51,732 nt of DNA from Guillardia theta CCMP2712 (GCF_000315625.1 NW_005434651.1:92205-143936); one strand, 5' to 3'. Shown: positions 11,091 to 27,038, numbered from the stretch's first letter. Translations and numbers: made by a program. The notes: generated from the letters alone by a model not told the origin.

Positions 11091-12891
11091 CTAGAAGGCG
11101 CAGGCATAGAGGGCCATTGTGTTCTCACCATTCACGAGATCGCATGACTGGAGCACAAGTCAACCAATGAGCATCAGACCCGCAACACCTTACCCTTCCG
11201 TTGCCAGTAGGATCGAAGGTAAAAGTCTTCGCGTTCACCCACACCCTTGTCGCCGAGTTGCCCTGTACACGAAGAAAGTGAGCGTCACGATAATGGGGAA
11301 AGCAAGCAGCTTCACCTGAGTGAAGGCAGTAACCGCCTCGAAGTTGGAGCATCTCCCTCCATAGTGCCCGATGTCCATCCCATGTGTCAACGAGCTCGTG
11401 GAGAACATGTTGGCCAGTCGCCACCAGTCACGCTCATCCCATTCCTCGTGTGGCTGCCAAGCTTTGCAATCCTCGGGCAACTTGTCTTTGTTGTCCCTAG
11501 CAAGAGGGTCAGGCCATTAGAGCAGCTGACAAGGGACAGTACTCGATCTCGATAGACTTGAAGCACACGCCCCGGTACATCATTCCGCCAATGCGGCTGC
11601 ACTCCAACATTTTGGAAGGGGTTCCACGAGTTCCAGCCTCTCCAGCAGGTCCAGTGGGACCCTTCGGACCCTGGCCAAAGAGAATCAAGACTGAAAGTCT
11701 GAGGAGCAGCCTCCTACCTTGAGACCGACTGGGCCCTCTGGTCCCATCTCTCCCGGAACACCCTTGGGCCCGGCATCGCCCGTCGGGCCGATTGGGCCCT
11801 CAGGTCCTTGTTTGCCCTCGGGACCCTGCACACCGTCTTGCCCAGGATGACCAGGAAGTCCAGGAACTCCGTTCCAGCCTGAGCAGAGAGTAAGTAAAAC
11901 TGCAGGAACTGGCCTTGACTGACCAGCGGGTCCTTGCGGTCCAACCGGCCCGGTCGAGTTCTCCTTCTCAAGCATCTTATTCTCCAGATAGCCTAACTCA
12001 AGTCAAACAAACATCTCTTGCCCACTTCCAATACTCACTATCCTCGCGCTTCAACGCCTCCTTCATCTCAAAAACCCTGTCTTTCATGACGTCCTTGAGC
12101 TTCTTCATCTTCTCGACAGACTCCGCAATCCTTCGGTGGTTGACCTGACCGACATTCAGCGAACTTTGCAGACAGCAGTCCCGCTCATGATCACCTCATC
12201 AAGGTGCTCAAGAGATTTGATATATTCTTTGTTCTTCTCGATGTCCTCCTTCTGCTTCTTGATGGCTTCCTCATCCAACACAGGGCACATAGGACAGTCT
12301 CCGGGAGCCATGCTCACATCGCCGAAGCTGCGACACCAAGGATAAGGAACCTGAGGCCCCTAATTCGTCTCCTCACCGGATGATAGTCGGAGGAGGACCT
12401 GGAGGAGCAGGAAGCGTCTTAAACTTGATGGAACCCAAGGGACTTCCGTCACGTCCAACCACCTGCACCTTGCCCATCGGGGGTGTCTGGGAAATTGAAA
12501 TGAGAAAGAGGATGAGACCGAAACGTGTCCTTACTTTGATGTATCCCAGGCCGGGAGGATGTTCAGGTACATCGATGGCTCCGCTCACAGTGAAATCAGC
12601 AAGATTCTGCTTCCTGGCCTTCATGCTCAACAGCGCGAGGCGTTGATTCTACAGAAGTTTTCAACGCGTTGTTGCACTCTTTATGAACAGTGTCGACTGA
12701 CCTGATGGGATGAAGCTCTGCCATTGAACAGTACGATGACACAGACTGCCGCAACAGCAAGAACACTGGCCAGAAGGTATTTTCCAGCCCGCTTCTGTTA
12801 AAGTCTCGATTCAGCTTTTCAAGGCGAAATTGCAAACAGAGTATCTAGAGAAAATGTGCCGGAACTGGATCCTGAGAGCACTTATTGCCAT
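11091..12891 (-). CDS. Type II membrane protein with coiled coil, collagen Gly-X-Y repeats and C-terminal C-type-lectin-like domain
   Basis: Spliced product: [23 protein letters not shown] (TM); K/E heptads; [10 protein letters not shown]|[15 protein letters not shown]...[16 protein letters not shown]; then [15 protein letters not shown]...C...VWV...[18 protein letters not shown]. Confidence 0.75.
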
Positions 12892-13699
12892 ACTTTGATA
12901 TGGAAAGATCTCCCAGGACGGAAAAATCAACACAATACATGAAATACGACTGTTTCTGCTGTCGTGATGGGAATCTATCTACTTTCTTTCATTTCTTCCA
13001 CAAGAGGATCTAACAATTGAAATCTTCTGACAGGTACTTAGTTGTGAGAAAACTATACGTGTGAAAAGACAAAGGCGCCCTAATCCACCATGAAAATCAA
13101 CTCATCTGCCCTGCACAGCCTTCCTGCCACAGAATCCGAGCAAACATGCAAGTGGCCAACCCTGACAGCATCACAACTAGGTCTCCATGTCTGCTCGCAG
13201 ACCATGATCGCATGTTTTGCTTCCAAGTCCTCTCCTCGTCCCAGCCTCTCTCACCTTCTCATCTGGCGGATGAAGCAGGAGATGATCTCTCTCCCCCGCC
13301 ATCCCGAAGGGTCGCCGCCGCTTCAACCACCGTTACAGGTGGTTGAAGCCTATGCTTGACCGTTACATCCCAATAACGCCAATTTATTTAGTCAACCTTG
13401 AGAAACGGGTTAAGATCTAGGTTAAATCCATAGGTGATCCTAGTTAAAGATTCCAGTTAACTCAATTGTGGTGCCACAACTTGGCAACCCACCGTCACAG
13501 GCTGTTTGTTGGAACTTGAACTGTCAACAACTTTGTTCTGCCGATGCATTCAAGTTCATGATGAGGTGGGCATGCACTGCCGCATCATCGAGTCAGAAGA
13601 TGCGGCGGCGATGTGCCATGCGATGCCGCAGCCTGTTCAACTCACTGTCACGGTTAGAAACTTTACCTCTGCCGCTGAGGCTGGCAAGGCTATGAAGAG

Positions 13700-14130
13700 T
13701 TGCTGAGGCAGGGCTTGGCCGGGCTTAACTTAATTTACTTTGACTTAGCGCAGGACGGGGCCCGGGACCGTGGGCGCACCGTAAAACAGTGCCATGCCCG
13801 GCAGCTTGACTAGGAGACCGTGAGAAGGACTGTAGCCGGGGAACGCCGCGCGGCGGCCCCGCGATCATCATCATGCACTGTGACAGGCCCTTGTGATCAG
13901 GCTATACTGTTGCACCGCCGCCGCGGAGCGATCCGCCGGTGTTGCCTGGGCAACTTCCGTTTGAAAGTTTCAAGTTTTAAGTCACTTCCAGGAACCGTTC
14001 AACGGGCGTGACGGTTTCTGGCCGCGTCCGATCACTGCCCGAGCCCGGCTGCTGAGGCAGGTCCGACGACAGTGGGCCGGCCGCGCCCGGCCCGGCGGGC
14101 CCGGCGGCGCGGCCGCAGTAATCAGTACTG
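13700..14130. other. GC-rich intergenic island with CG palindromes (island 1)
   Basis: Dense CCGG/CGGCCG/CCGATC words, no credible ORF, between divergent genes; shares 13- and 18-mers with the island near 49.5 kb. Confidence 0.6.
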
Positions 14131-14399
14131 AAAACACTCCGGATGGTGACTACGGATTGGTCGTATAGAGTCGGAGTTTGTTGCTACCGGAAGATTCAAA
14201 AAATTGAACTAGAGGAGGGCAAACTACCGTGACAGTAGCCATGCCGGCACTGCGAGCGGGCGAGCGATGGGCAGGCGAAGGGGAGGGGAGGGATGGAGGG
14301 ACTCTAAGAGAGATGAAAAGAACAGTGACTGAGGAGAAGAAAGTAGTGCCCTGTATGAGGAAAGGGAGGGATGAGAGGAAAAGGAAGAAAATGAGACAG

Positions 14400-14702
14400 G
14401 TTCAGGAGTATTGAGATAGCTTTAGCGTTGTTGACTATCAGCTTATAAACCTGCCTCAAGGTGGGCGAGAGACAGAAAGGTAAAGAATCAAGAACAAACT
14501 CGCTTCGATGCCTGATATCTCTGAAGAATCTTTACCTGATCGACCTGATTCACAGAGTCTCTTTCGATCTCTGCGGCCAATCCGTCATGGGAATTACATT
14601 TTCGTCGGACAAGAATGAAAGCGATTGCTGCGGCTCTCGGAGAATGCTCATTGGAGCTCGTGGAGATATCTTTGAAAGTCGAAACAGAGCAGGTGTTAGC
14701 GT

Positions 14703-14741
<39 letters not shown>

Positions 14742-16245
14742 GTGATGGTGATGGTGATGGTGATGGTGATGGTGATGTAATAGTTGTTCTTGTTGTTGTT
14801 GTGGTGGTGGTGGTAGTTGTGGTGGACGTGAAGTCGAAGAATCTTCTGGTCACGTTAACGGTGATGTCAACATGACTTTGCTGCAAGGCATTCACGAGAA
14901 TGAATCTGGAGTTGGTTTGATTCTTCATGCCGATGCCGTGGGCTCTCACCTAGTAGTTCGTCAGGTCAGTCGTCCCCGCCCTTCACGTCTGATTTCTACC
15001 ACCTCCAGGTGCTGCCTCATAGCTCGGCAAAGCTGCAAGATGTTCAGGTCGGCGACGAGATCCTCGCCATCGACGGCATCAGCCTGTCGAGGTGTTCGAA
15101 CGAGCTGAGAACGAGCTGCTCCTGAAGAGGCCGCAGGGACCACATGGTGCCTGGAGGGCGATCACCTCTGGTAGGCAGAGATGCCAAGGACATGACGGTG
15201 CTGCTGAAGCGAAACAACCGGATCTTGAGCAAGAGGCTGTCACGAGCCTACAACATGTATCGTTCCTTCTCCCAAGAGTCCATCATCCACTGCATGCCCC
15301 CGCCAGGTGACGTTGCTCCTTCACGGCTGTATGGCTGATGCTTTCAGCTCAGCCTACAGCCGTCGAAGGTTGTCAGCCACAAGGGACGTGGAGCTTCCTT
15401 CAGCCTCCATCACTCCACGTTCCATGCAGGAAGGGGAAGTAGGAGGTGCGGCAGCAGCTCGAGCAACGAGCGAGGCGTCAGGTGCGTGTTGACGATGGGG
15501 AGGTGTCACTCTGACCTCGTCCTCCTCGCATCAGAAGTTGACTCACAGCCGTTGAATTCTGCTCGTTCCCTCGACGAAGTGAGCAGGTCTCCTCTCTCCT
15601 CCTCTCCCAGCTCTCCTCACTCGCTCTCAGCATCCGATCCCTCTCGGAGCTCAGCTCGTCCACCTATGGCATGCGCGGAAATGAAGACTCGTCCCTCCCC
15701 CCCCGCCCTCTGCCGCTCAAGCAGCCCGGCAGGTACTCGCAGCCTGTCAACCAAGCGAGGATGGGAGGCAAGCGAGCGTCGACCCTCCGGCATCCCCTCC
15801 GGACCTTGACGAACCAGCTAGTGCCGAGAGAGCAGTTGGATCACTCGCGAGATGGCGCGGGCAGAGTGCTGAGAACTCCGGGAAGGAGAAATATCCGACG
15901 AAACTCAAGGCTGTCTGAAGGCTTCAAGACGTGAGCCGCTGATCTCCTCCTCCTCCTCCTCCTCCTCCTCCTCCTCCTTTCTCTCCTCCTGCTCTTTTTC
16001 CTCTTCCTCACTCTCCATCTCCTCTGCCAGGTATGCGATGGAGAAGATCTTGCACGGCAATCGAACTTCCAACTTCTCAGGTGGAGGATGAGACGCGGCG
16101 GGAGAAGATTGACGAGATGGCAGACGGGTACAACAGCGACTCGAGCCTGCCGAGCTGCTACTCGGACTCAGCGATTGACATGGACCTGAACTTGACGGGG
16201 GAGAACATTGTTTGTGAGCAGCAAATGCCATGGTTTCATCGCTGA
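14400..16245 (+). CDS. Multi-exon PDZ-domain protein (start uncertain)
   Basis: Spliced ESGVGLILHAD...LVVRQ|VLPHSSAKLQDVQVGDEILAIDG...MTVLLKR is a PDZ signature; low-complexity C-terminus ends at ORF stop 16245. Confidence 0.65.
14703..14826. repeat. (GAT)n/(GGTGAT)n/(GTT,GTG)n intronic microsatellite
   Basis: Seen directly. Confidence 0.9.
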
Positions 16246-16647
16246 GATCTTAATGCTGCAGGATGCAAGGAAAAACTGCTAGTTCAACACTCGATGTTAG
16301 TCTGTGCAAGGAGATGCAAGAAAGGATCATAGCGATGGTTCTGTCTCTTGTGGTGTGTCCTGCTCGGCCTGCTCGGGGGCTGCTGACCCACCAGCTTTCG
16401 GGTTCTGAGTAGAAGTGATGAGCAGGGTTGCGTGATAGAACTGAATTTACCGGGATGAGAGGAGTGAGAGCTCGAACCTGAAATAGAAACACAATGAACG
16501 AACGAACGAACAAACGAACGAAGACAACATCAGCAACACGAACCAATGAACGAATGCAGACAACATCAGCAACATAACAGCAACACATGGTGACTTGATT
16601 GCTCGTGACAAGTTACCTGAGTCTTCAAAACTTCCTTCTCCTCATCC

Positions 16648-18768
16648 TTACCCAAGTTCTGGCAGAGGGTCAGTGTCCTTACGGACAAAGACAACTGCGT
16701 AAACCTCCAAGACGAAGATGGTCGGAACTAGATCGCCAGTCTTGACCGCACACATGGACAAGATCTTCCGTGATGTCAGTGGTTTGCAATCATGCCGATA
16801 GCAGATTACCCGGAACAATCCCAACTTCCTCACCAGCTCAAGGACCTTTCAGAAAGGATCTCTCAGGTTTGATTGAAGACCAGGAAATCCCTCACCATCT
16901 CACACCTCTGCACAAGGAAAACCAACCGTCCTCCCACCTGAAGTACCTTCATCATTCAGCTATGTAAACCCTCGACCCTCACCCGCAGGATCTTGGCGGA
17001 GGAGAACAGAAATCCTTTGTAGATCCTCTCCAGATCAGCATCCTTGCCCACTCGGACCTGCCCACGAGCTCAGAGCTTTTGCTCTCCGATTCCTCTGACG
17101 CGTCACCCCCCATGGCGGGTTTGTCACGATCACGTCGAAGGAGTTGGAGCTGAACGATCGATCGAGGACGCGAGCATTGAGCTCCTGCAAGCGGATCAGG
17201 GGAAAGGAGAGAGCTTGAACCAGAGGCAAGGGAGTGAAGTGAGGAAGGAGACGAGAAAAGAAGGGAATGAAAAAAAAGACCGTGAACTCGACGAGATGTT
17301 CGATCATCGACGCCTTGGCATTCGCTTTCGCTCCCTCCACAACTGCATGCTTTCACTCTCGACCTCTCAGTCAGACCCTCACCAGTCTTGGATCTGTCAC
17401 ATCCACACAGCCTGCCTGCCTTGTCCCTGGGGGCGCGGCTGCAACTGAGCAGGAGGGATCGACCACACAAGGAAGCAGCTCACCCGAAGATGCATGCCGC
17501 CTCCATCGGTATCGTCCCTCCTCCGCAGAACGGATCCAGCAACGAGCCGCCATCCTTGAGCCCTGCCTGTGCGTCAAGGGGTGGGAGGCAGAGCAAGCGG
17601 TTGGGAGGAACCTGACATTCGGATCATGCAGTACGCCACGTTCGGCTTCAATGTGACGCTTCGCTGCCAAGAGGGTGAGGGAGTGAAGACTGTGAGGGCT
17701 GCTGCTGACCACGAACGCCAGTTTGTGTCTCCTCGAAAGCTAGACTCCGTATGAGTGAGGACAGCAGCAAGAGAGATCGAGGCAAGGAGAAGAAAAGGGA
17801 GGAGATGGATGAAAGGAGGAGATGGGGGCTAGTAGGGAAGGCACAGGGAGACTGTAAGGAAGCTCACCTGATCTTTGTTGGGCATCGAGCACACGAGCAC
17901 CTGAGGGGAGAGTGAGAGGGAGGTGAACACGACTGAACAAGACCAACCTTGTCCATGACGATGTCCACACGAATGCAGACCTGAAGTCATCGGCAAGTCT
18001 CAAACAAGATTAGAGCAAAGTCGTCGATTCTTCTTTACCTCGAATTTTTTCATGTCTGCTCGTACCTGTACGAACAAACTCATCACAAATCATGCTCCTC
18101 CCTCGCACCCTCGCTCCCTCTCTTTTTGCGCTTTGTCCGTCAAGCAAACTCGTACTTTCCTTGTATTTCTCATGCAGAACGGAACCGACCTCTCGTTCAA
18201 CCTGAGGTCGATCAGATTCAATTCACGTTTCTCCCTCCTCAGTACTGACTTGGCTGCTCTGGAATCCATGCTCATCGGACTTGCTTGTCTCCATGGCTGC
18301 TGAAATTATCTCCTCGGCAGCATCTGTCGCGATCTCTGAATGTGTCTTTTCTGTTCGAGCTTTCTTCGCTGAACGATCTTCCCCGAGGGCTTTTGTATCC
18401 TGCTTCTTAATATCTCAACTCCCTCCTCCACACTAGGATGTTTCCGGTACCTTGTTCCCCACCATTCGCATGCTTCCCACCCTCTCTGAAACGAGCTGAC
18501 CTGTTAGGGATGGGAAGGAGGAGAAGGAATGGCCCCACCTGACCGGACTCGGAAGCTCTCAGCTGATCCCATCACCGAGTCCAGCTGAGGAAACAAGTCT
18601 GTGGGGTTGAGACAACAAGAATGAGGATGGAGGAGAAGCGAAGATGGTCTTGCCTTGCACTCCTTTGCAGATCGCCTGGATCAGCTCTTGGCCTCTTCCT
18701 ACCATGACAAACAATCAGAACCAAGTTGCAGTAAATGCCGAGTTTGAGTTTCAAGCGGAGGAGCATGA

Positions 18769-18802
<34 letters not shown>

Positions 18803-19674
18803 GGTGGTGGTGGTGGTGGTGGTGGTGGTGGTGGTGGTGGTGGTGGTGGTGATGATGAAGGTGATGATGATGAAGGTGATGATGAAGTTGATGATGAAGG
18901 TGATGATGATGAAGGTAATGATGATGGTGATGATGACGATGCTGAGATGGGCATCGCTGGTGGAAGGGTAGATTAGATCATGGAGCACCAGCTTCAGGGA
19001 GCAAGAAGTAGCCGTGGAACTTGAGGACGTCGTGGGCACTTCTCAGCTCTTGCAGCTTCTCGGCATCTTTCACGTCTGTGAGGCCGAGGTATCTGAACAC
19101 CTCTACTGTCAAGGATCTCAATCAACTCCAACAGCTCGGTGTCACCCGGGGCATCCGAAGCAGCTGGGATGGACGGCTCCCACGTGGCAGATGCTCCTGA
19201 CCTCACTTGCTAGCTCGAGAGTCAGCTGGAAAGAGTCAGCTGGAGCGGAGCTCGGGACCTGCTATGCGCTCGAGTCCTGGGTTGGTGGTGACGAGCTGAG
19301 AGCACTTGATGTCTTTCCTCTCCTTGTCTTCCCCACCAGCAGGATCCTGGCAGGAAGATGAGCAGCTGGAGCAGAGGTCAGCCTCCCTCCTACCTCAGAG
19401 GGGAAGGAGGAGAGGAACTCTTTGACTCCATCGCTCAGCTGTGAAGCTTTCTGTCGTGCCGTGAGGACACGAGGACGCGTATCGGACAGCAAACCTGCGA
19501 GATGCTCTGCGGCAGCCTGACTGAGGTGTTGAGGAACATGAAGCGCTTTAGATCATCTTGCGACAGATGTCATGAGAACCCCAAGGAACAAGATACTTTC
19601 GCACCAAGGGCTCCCTGGATCACAGCGATGGTGTGATAGGCATCGGCATCCATCTCTTCACGGGCGACACTCAT
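16648..19674 (-). CDS. THUMP-domain SAM-dependent RNA (m2G-type) methyltransferase, THUMPD3/Trm14-like
   Basis: LVTTNPGLERIA..SE, LRSAHDVL, AESFRV, VEREVG, IRVDI, ASLKPNVAYCM, LLDPFCGGGTIPMEAA (SAM motif I), FDVIVTNPPWG (motif IV). Confidence 0.85.
18766..18942. repeat. (GAT)n/(GGT)n intronic microsatellite
   Basis: Seen directly. Confidence 0.9.
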
Positions 19675-20027
19675 GCAAGCTCGAGGTTCTGGAGTGAGAA
19701 CCATGAGACAAGCACAAGAACATCACAAAGACTTCAAGATGAGAGTTTAGCTCCGTGTCTTCCGACGAATCAGCCTCCAATTTCTAGTATCAATCTCTAC
19801 CTCAATCCTACCTTTGCTCTTGTCCTGCTGCTATCAAACGAGCCACCTTGAGTATCTTCAGCATCTTTCAGTCAGTCTATCTGTCTGTTCGTCCTCTCTT
19901 GTGCTTCATCTTTCCCTCCTCCTTCCCTTCCAAGCTAGTCGCTCCCGCATTTCCTTGGATGCGGAGTCCGATGCGTCTCTCTGGAAGTCAAGAGAGGGGA
20001 TGAGGGCCCAGTCGGGAAGGCGTCGGG

Positions 20028-23498
<3,471 letters not shown>

Positions 23499-23889
23499 AC
23501 AACGCGACTGGACGGCAGGCTGAACTTGTGGATGAGGTTTCTGATTGTTGAGGCTCAACGTTCTAGCTTGCGAGCGCATTGCAACATGCCTGTGGACTTA
23601 GTCGAGCTGGAGACAGTCAGCTGACATCGGATCAGGCATCGTCACGGTTCGAGCATGACAAGGATGTACAGGAGTGGTTCAGTGATTGATAGTTAGCCTG
23701 CACTGCGTGCGAGTGAAGCGACTGAGGGCGATGAGAGAAAGTTGCTCGTCCGATGATCATCGCCAAGATCTCCCTCGGACTCGGCCCCAGGAGTTGTCAA
23801 AATCACTGGTGACCTTCCGAGTCTTTCAAGGTCTCGAAGAGTTCAAGTTACCCTATGGCACATTCTCCCATCATTCGTCGTTCATCAAG

Positions 23890-24112
23890 TTGAAACTTGC
23901 CGGGCCCGGGCCCGCCGGGTCAGTCACTGAACCGTCAATCAAGTTGAAAGCCCGGCCCCGGGCGGCCGGGCCCTGGCACTGAAGGGTACGGTCATTGAGT
24001 CCGGTGACTCGGTCCGATCAACTCCGAGTGACCGTACTCCCGGGCCGGGCGAATCATCGCGGCCTTTCCGCCTTGGGGCGGTGACTTACGGGCGCGGCGT
24101 GGATTAGTAGTA
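23890..24112. other. GC-rich intergenic island with CG palindromes (island 2)
   Basis: CCCGGG/CCGG/GTCCGATC words; TCCGAGTGACCGT is shared with the island near 49.5 kb. Confidence 0.55.
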
Positions 24113-24231
24113 GGAGACAAGAAAAGTTGATTAAAACGGTCACGTGAATGTCTGAATTTTCACTCAGCAAAGTTAAGTTAAATCAGCACGGAGGACAGTG
24201 ACGGCTCGGACATGTATCATATGGTGGTAGG

Positions 24232-24660
24232 GATTGTCCTCGTACTGATTTTAACTTACTGGGCCTCCAGTTTGAGTGCGGCGGGCTGCGGCGGCGTCCC
24301 TTGAGAGCCAACCGTCGGTTCAACGGTTCGCACTCCAAGTGTTCAGTGCCGTTTGTCGGACTGTCATGGTCACCCGACACAATTCACGGTCCGTCAGCCT
24401 TCAGGCTCCTCGCAACCCAACGGCTGTCGTTGAGAATCTTCTGACCGCGTCCCTGAGATGGCAGCAGGTACCAGTCAGTCACAGAGTTAGGCTCAGGGGC
24501 CCCCGAACGTGACAGATCGGACCGTCTGTGTGACTCGCCAGTGCTGAGGGACGCGCCTCGCGACTCCGGGAGTCTGCGGCGGAGAGCCGCGAGATTGAGA
24601 GGGGACAGGGGCAAGATTCCTTTACTCAAAGTTAAGTTAAAAATCAGTACGAGGACAATC
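24232..24660. mobile_element. Non-autonomous TIR element (MITE-like), ~28-bp terminal inverted repeats, 3-bp AGG target-site duplication
   Basis: Left end GATTGTCCTCGTACTGATTTTAACTTA; right end is its reverse complement with one extra base in the A run. AGG at 24229-24231 and at 24661-24663. No transposase ORF. Confidence 0.7.
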
Positions 24661-24806
24661 AGGAGAGTTCGGTCCGAGTCCGACGTGCCCCCTTTCAGTC
24701 AAAGATGGTTCCTCATATGACCCGGAGGCTGCCGCAGTGCGTTTGCTCTTCCCGTACGACTCGGTACACCCTGAACGTGACGGGGAAATATGGGTGACCG
24801 GAGCAT

Positions 24807-25760
24807 TTGAGGGGGTGGGGGTGGGTAGTACCGTACATTGCACCTTGGCGGGGGTACTTATTAGACAAAATGATCCATTTTGAGGGGGTAGGGTTATACA
24901 GGGGGTGGTAAGGGGGGGTCCACAGGGAGAATGTCTCCCACGGTCTATCTCGTTAATTTTTTTGGCAGGGGCAACAGACCAAAAACATTTTATATTTAAA
25001 ATATTTTATCTACAACCTGAAAATCCCAACCCTGGACTGCATCACCCTACCCAACCCCTCCGACCCACCCTTCCGCTTCCCTCCACACACACTACCCCCT
25101 TCCCCCTTCCCCCTTCCCCCTTCCCCCTTCCCCCTTCCCCCTTCCTCGTTTCCCCCTCCGCAAGCCTAAAACAACCCGTACTACACCCAGTCCTTCACCC
25201 CACCCTATTTTTCAAAGGGATTCAATCACCACATTGTAGGGCATGGTAGCCACTTTCAAGGTACCCCTACCCCTGGCAAACCAGAAATCTGAAGCAAAAA
25301 TTTGGTTTTCCGATCTCTTAACTCCTTCTCGAAGGGGGTGGGGGTGTACACCCTACCGGCTATTGAGGGCTTCAGGTTGGTCTATGTACGGGTGTATCAA
25401 GCAGACGCCGGGTTGTGATCGATGGGTGTTCTCCGGTTCTCAGGAGTTAAATGTGAAAAAGAGCGATGTCGAGGATTATATAAACACTTGTTTGATTAAA
25501 ATGATTTGAACTGTTGTAGCATCGTCTGAGAAGCCAAACGTCCCAATTTAATACTGTTTTTAAGTCTGAAGAAGGTTGGTCGATGGGGTAGGTAATTGAG
25601 AAGTCAGGGGTGATAAGAACCACCGGTGGTGAAAATCTTGTGATCTACCCCATACAACGTAAGATATGGTAGGGGTTATCCGTAATTCAGAGGCTTAAAA
25701 TCACCCACATGGGGGTCGGCAAATTGACAGGGGTATGGCCTGGGGGCAGAGGGGGTAATG
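24807..25760. other. GGGGT/ACCCC-rich intergenic island with G-quadruplex-forming potential
   Basis: Many GGGGT(A) and TACCCC words on both strands; four G-runs at 24883-24918; (CCCCTTC)n at ~25095-25145. Confidence 0.5.
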
Positions 25761-25881
25761 TCAGCAGTAAAGCGGAGAAGGAGTTATCTCCAAGGGTTTT
25801 ATCGTTAGAAAGGAAACCAGAGGCAGGAGCCCGACGAAACGAGAACAAGGCCCACGCAGAGACACACATAAAGTTTGAGCA

Positions 25882-26018
25882 CAAAGGACAAGGACAAGGA
25901 CAAGGACAAGGACAAGGACAAGGACAAGGACAAGGGCAAGGGCAAGGGCAAGGACAAGGACAAGGACAAGGTCAAGGTGAAGGTCAAGGATAAGGATAAG
26001 GAAAAGGATAAGGATAAG
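25882..26018. repeat. (CAAGGA)n hexanucleotide repeat degrading to (TAAGGA)n
   Basis: Seen directly. Confidence 0.93.
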
Positions 26019-26161
26019 TTGTACGGGAACAAGAAGGGAGCTGGGAGACTGTGAAACGGTCTGAAAGGAAAGCACGAGAAGCGCAGTACCTCTGTAGAAG
26101 ACGAGAGAAGTCTGCTCCAGCAGGTGAATCGGACACGAGGGAAGCTACATTACAAGCTTGA

Positions 26162-26719
26162 ATGATAAACTCAGAAGACATGGAGAAACACCACGATCAA
26201 CAGCAGCAAGATGATACCCCGCCGTCAAATTCATCCAAGGTGAACATGGCTTACTTCCTCCCCGAAGCAAGGATGGCGGCATCAAGGAGAAGAAGCTGCA
26301 TCATCATGAAAGACGATTACACAGAGCAGAGTGAAACGATGTACTCGCACTTCATGGAAGAAATCAAAGTGGAGGACCTGATGATGAACCAAGGCCCCAA
26401 AGGGGATGCGAGGAGGCGGAGGTCGACGGTGTCGAGGCGATCGTCGTCTATCGAGGACGACGAGAAGTTCAACAAGATCTGCTTCTATCTCCCCTTCGAC
26501 CCGACACTGGGGGAGTCGGTGGACGCCAACGGCAACTTCATCATCGACGGGGCGTATGATGCGCTGGACATCACCAAGGTCCACCTTGGGCACGTGATCG
26601 ATGCGCAGGGGAACTTTCTGAAGAAGCCTTTCCACATGCGCTTCCTCTCTAACGACTTTGGGTTCAACGACATGCCTGCTGTGAACCTGTCGACTTCGCT
26701 GAACACGATGATGATCTAG
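26162..26719 (+). CDS. Single-exon 185-aa hypothetical protein
   Basis: ATG-to-stop ORF with C/G-ending codon bias typical of the real genes here; internal duplication LGESVDANGNF / LGHVIDAQGNF. Confidence 0.7.
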   Translation: MINSEDMEKHHDQQQQDDTPPSNSSKVNMAYFLPEARMAASRRRSCIIMKDDYTEQSETMYSHFMEEIKVEDLMMNQGPKGDARRRRSTVSRRSSSIEDDEKFNKICFYLPFDPTLGESVDANGNFIIDGAYDALDITKVHLGHVIDAQGNFLKKPFHMRFLSNDFGFNDMPAVNLSTSLNTMMI

Positions 26720-27038
26720 ATTTGCCCGTAGATTGATGTCATGATTTAAACCAACTTTGAGTGAAAGGGACAAGAGCTATGTTATGTAAATGCTGCCCCC
26801 CTTGGGACTCTTTTCTTCTGCCTTGTTGCTGCTTACACAACCACTGACATCTCCTTATTGCCGCTGACATGCCATACTGACCGACCCGCTTCTCCTGATC
26901 CCTGCTTTCACACTGCACACCTATATCCCCTCACCCTCCTCAAGTACTACTTGGTATGTGAGTATCTTACACTGTTTGTCATGGTTTTCATTGAATCGCA
27001 TCCTTGTTTCATATCGCACATGTGCACATCATGGAACG

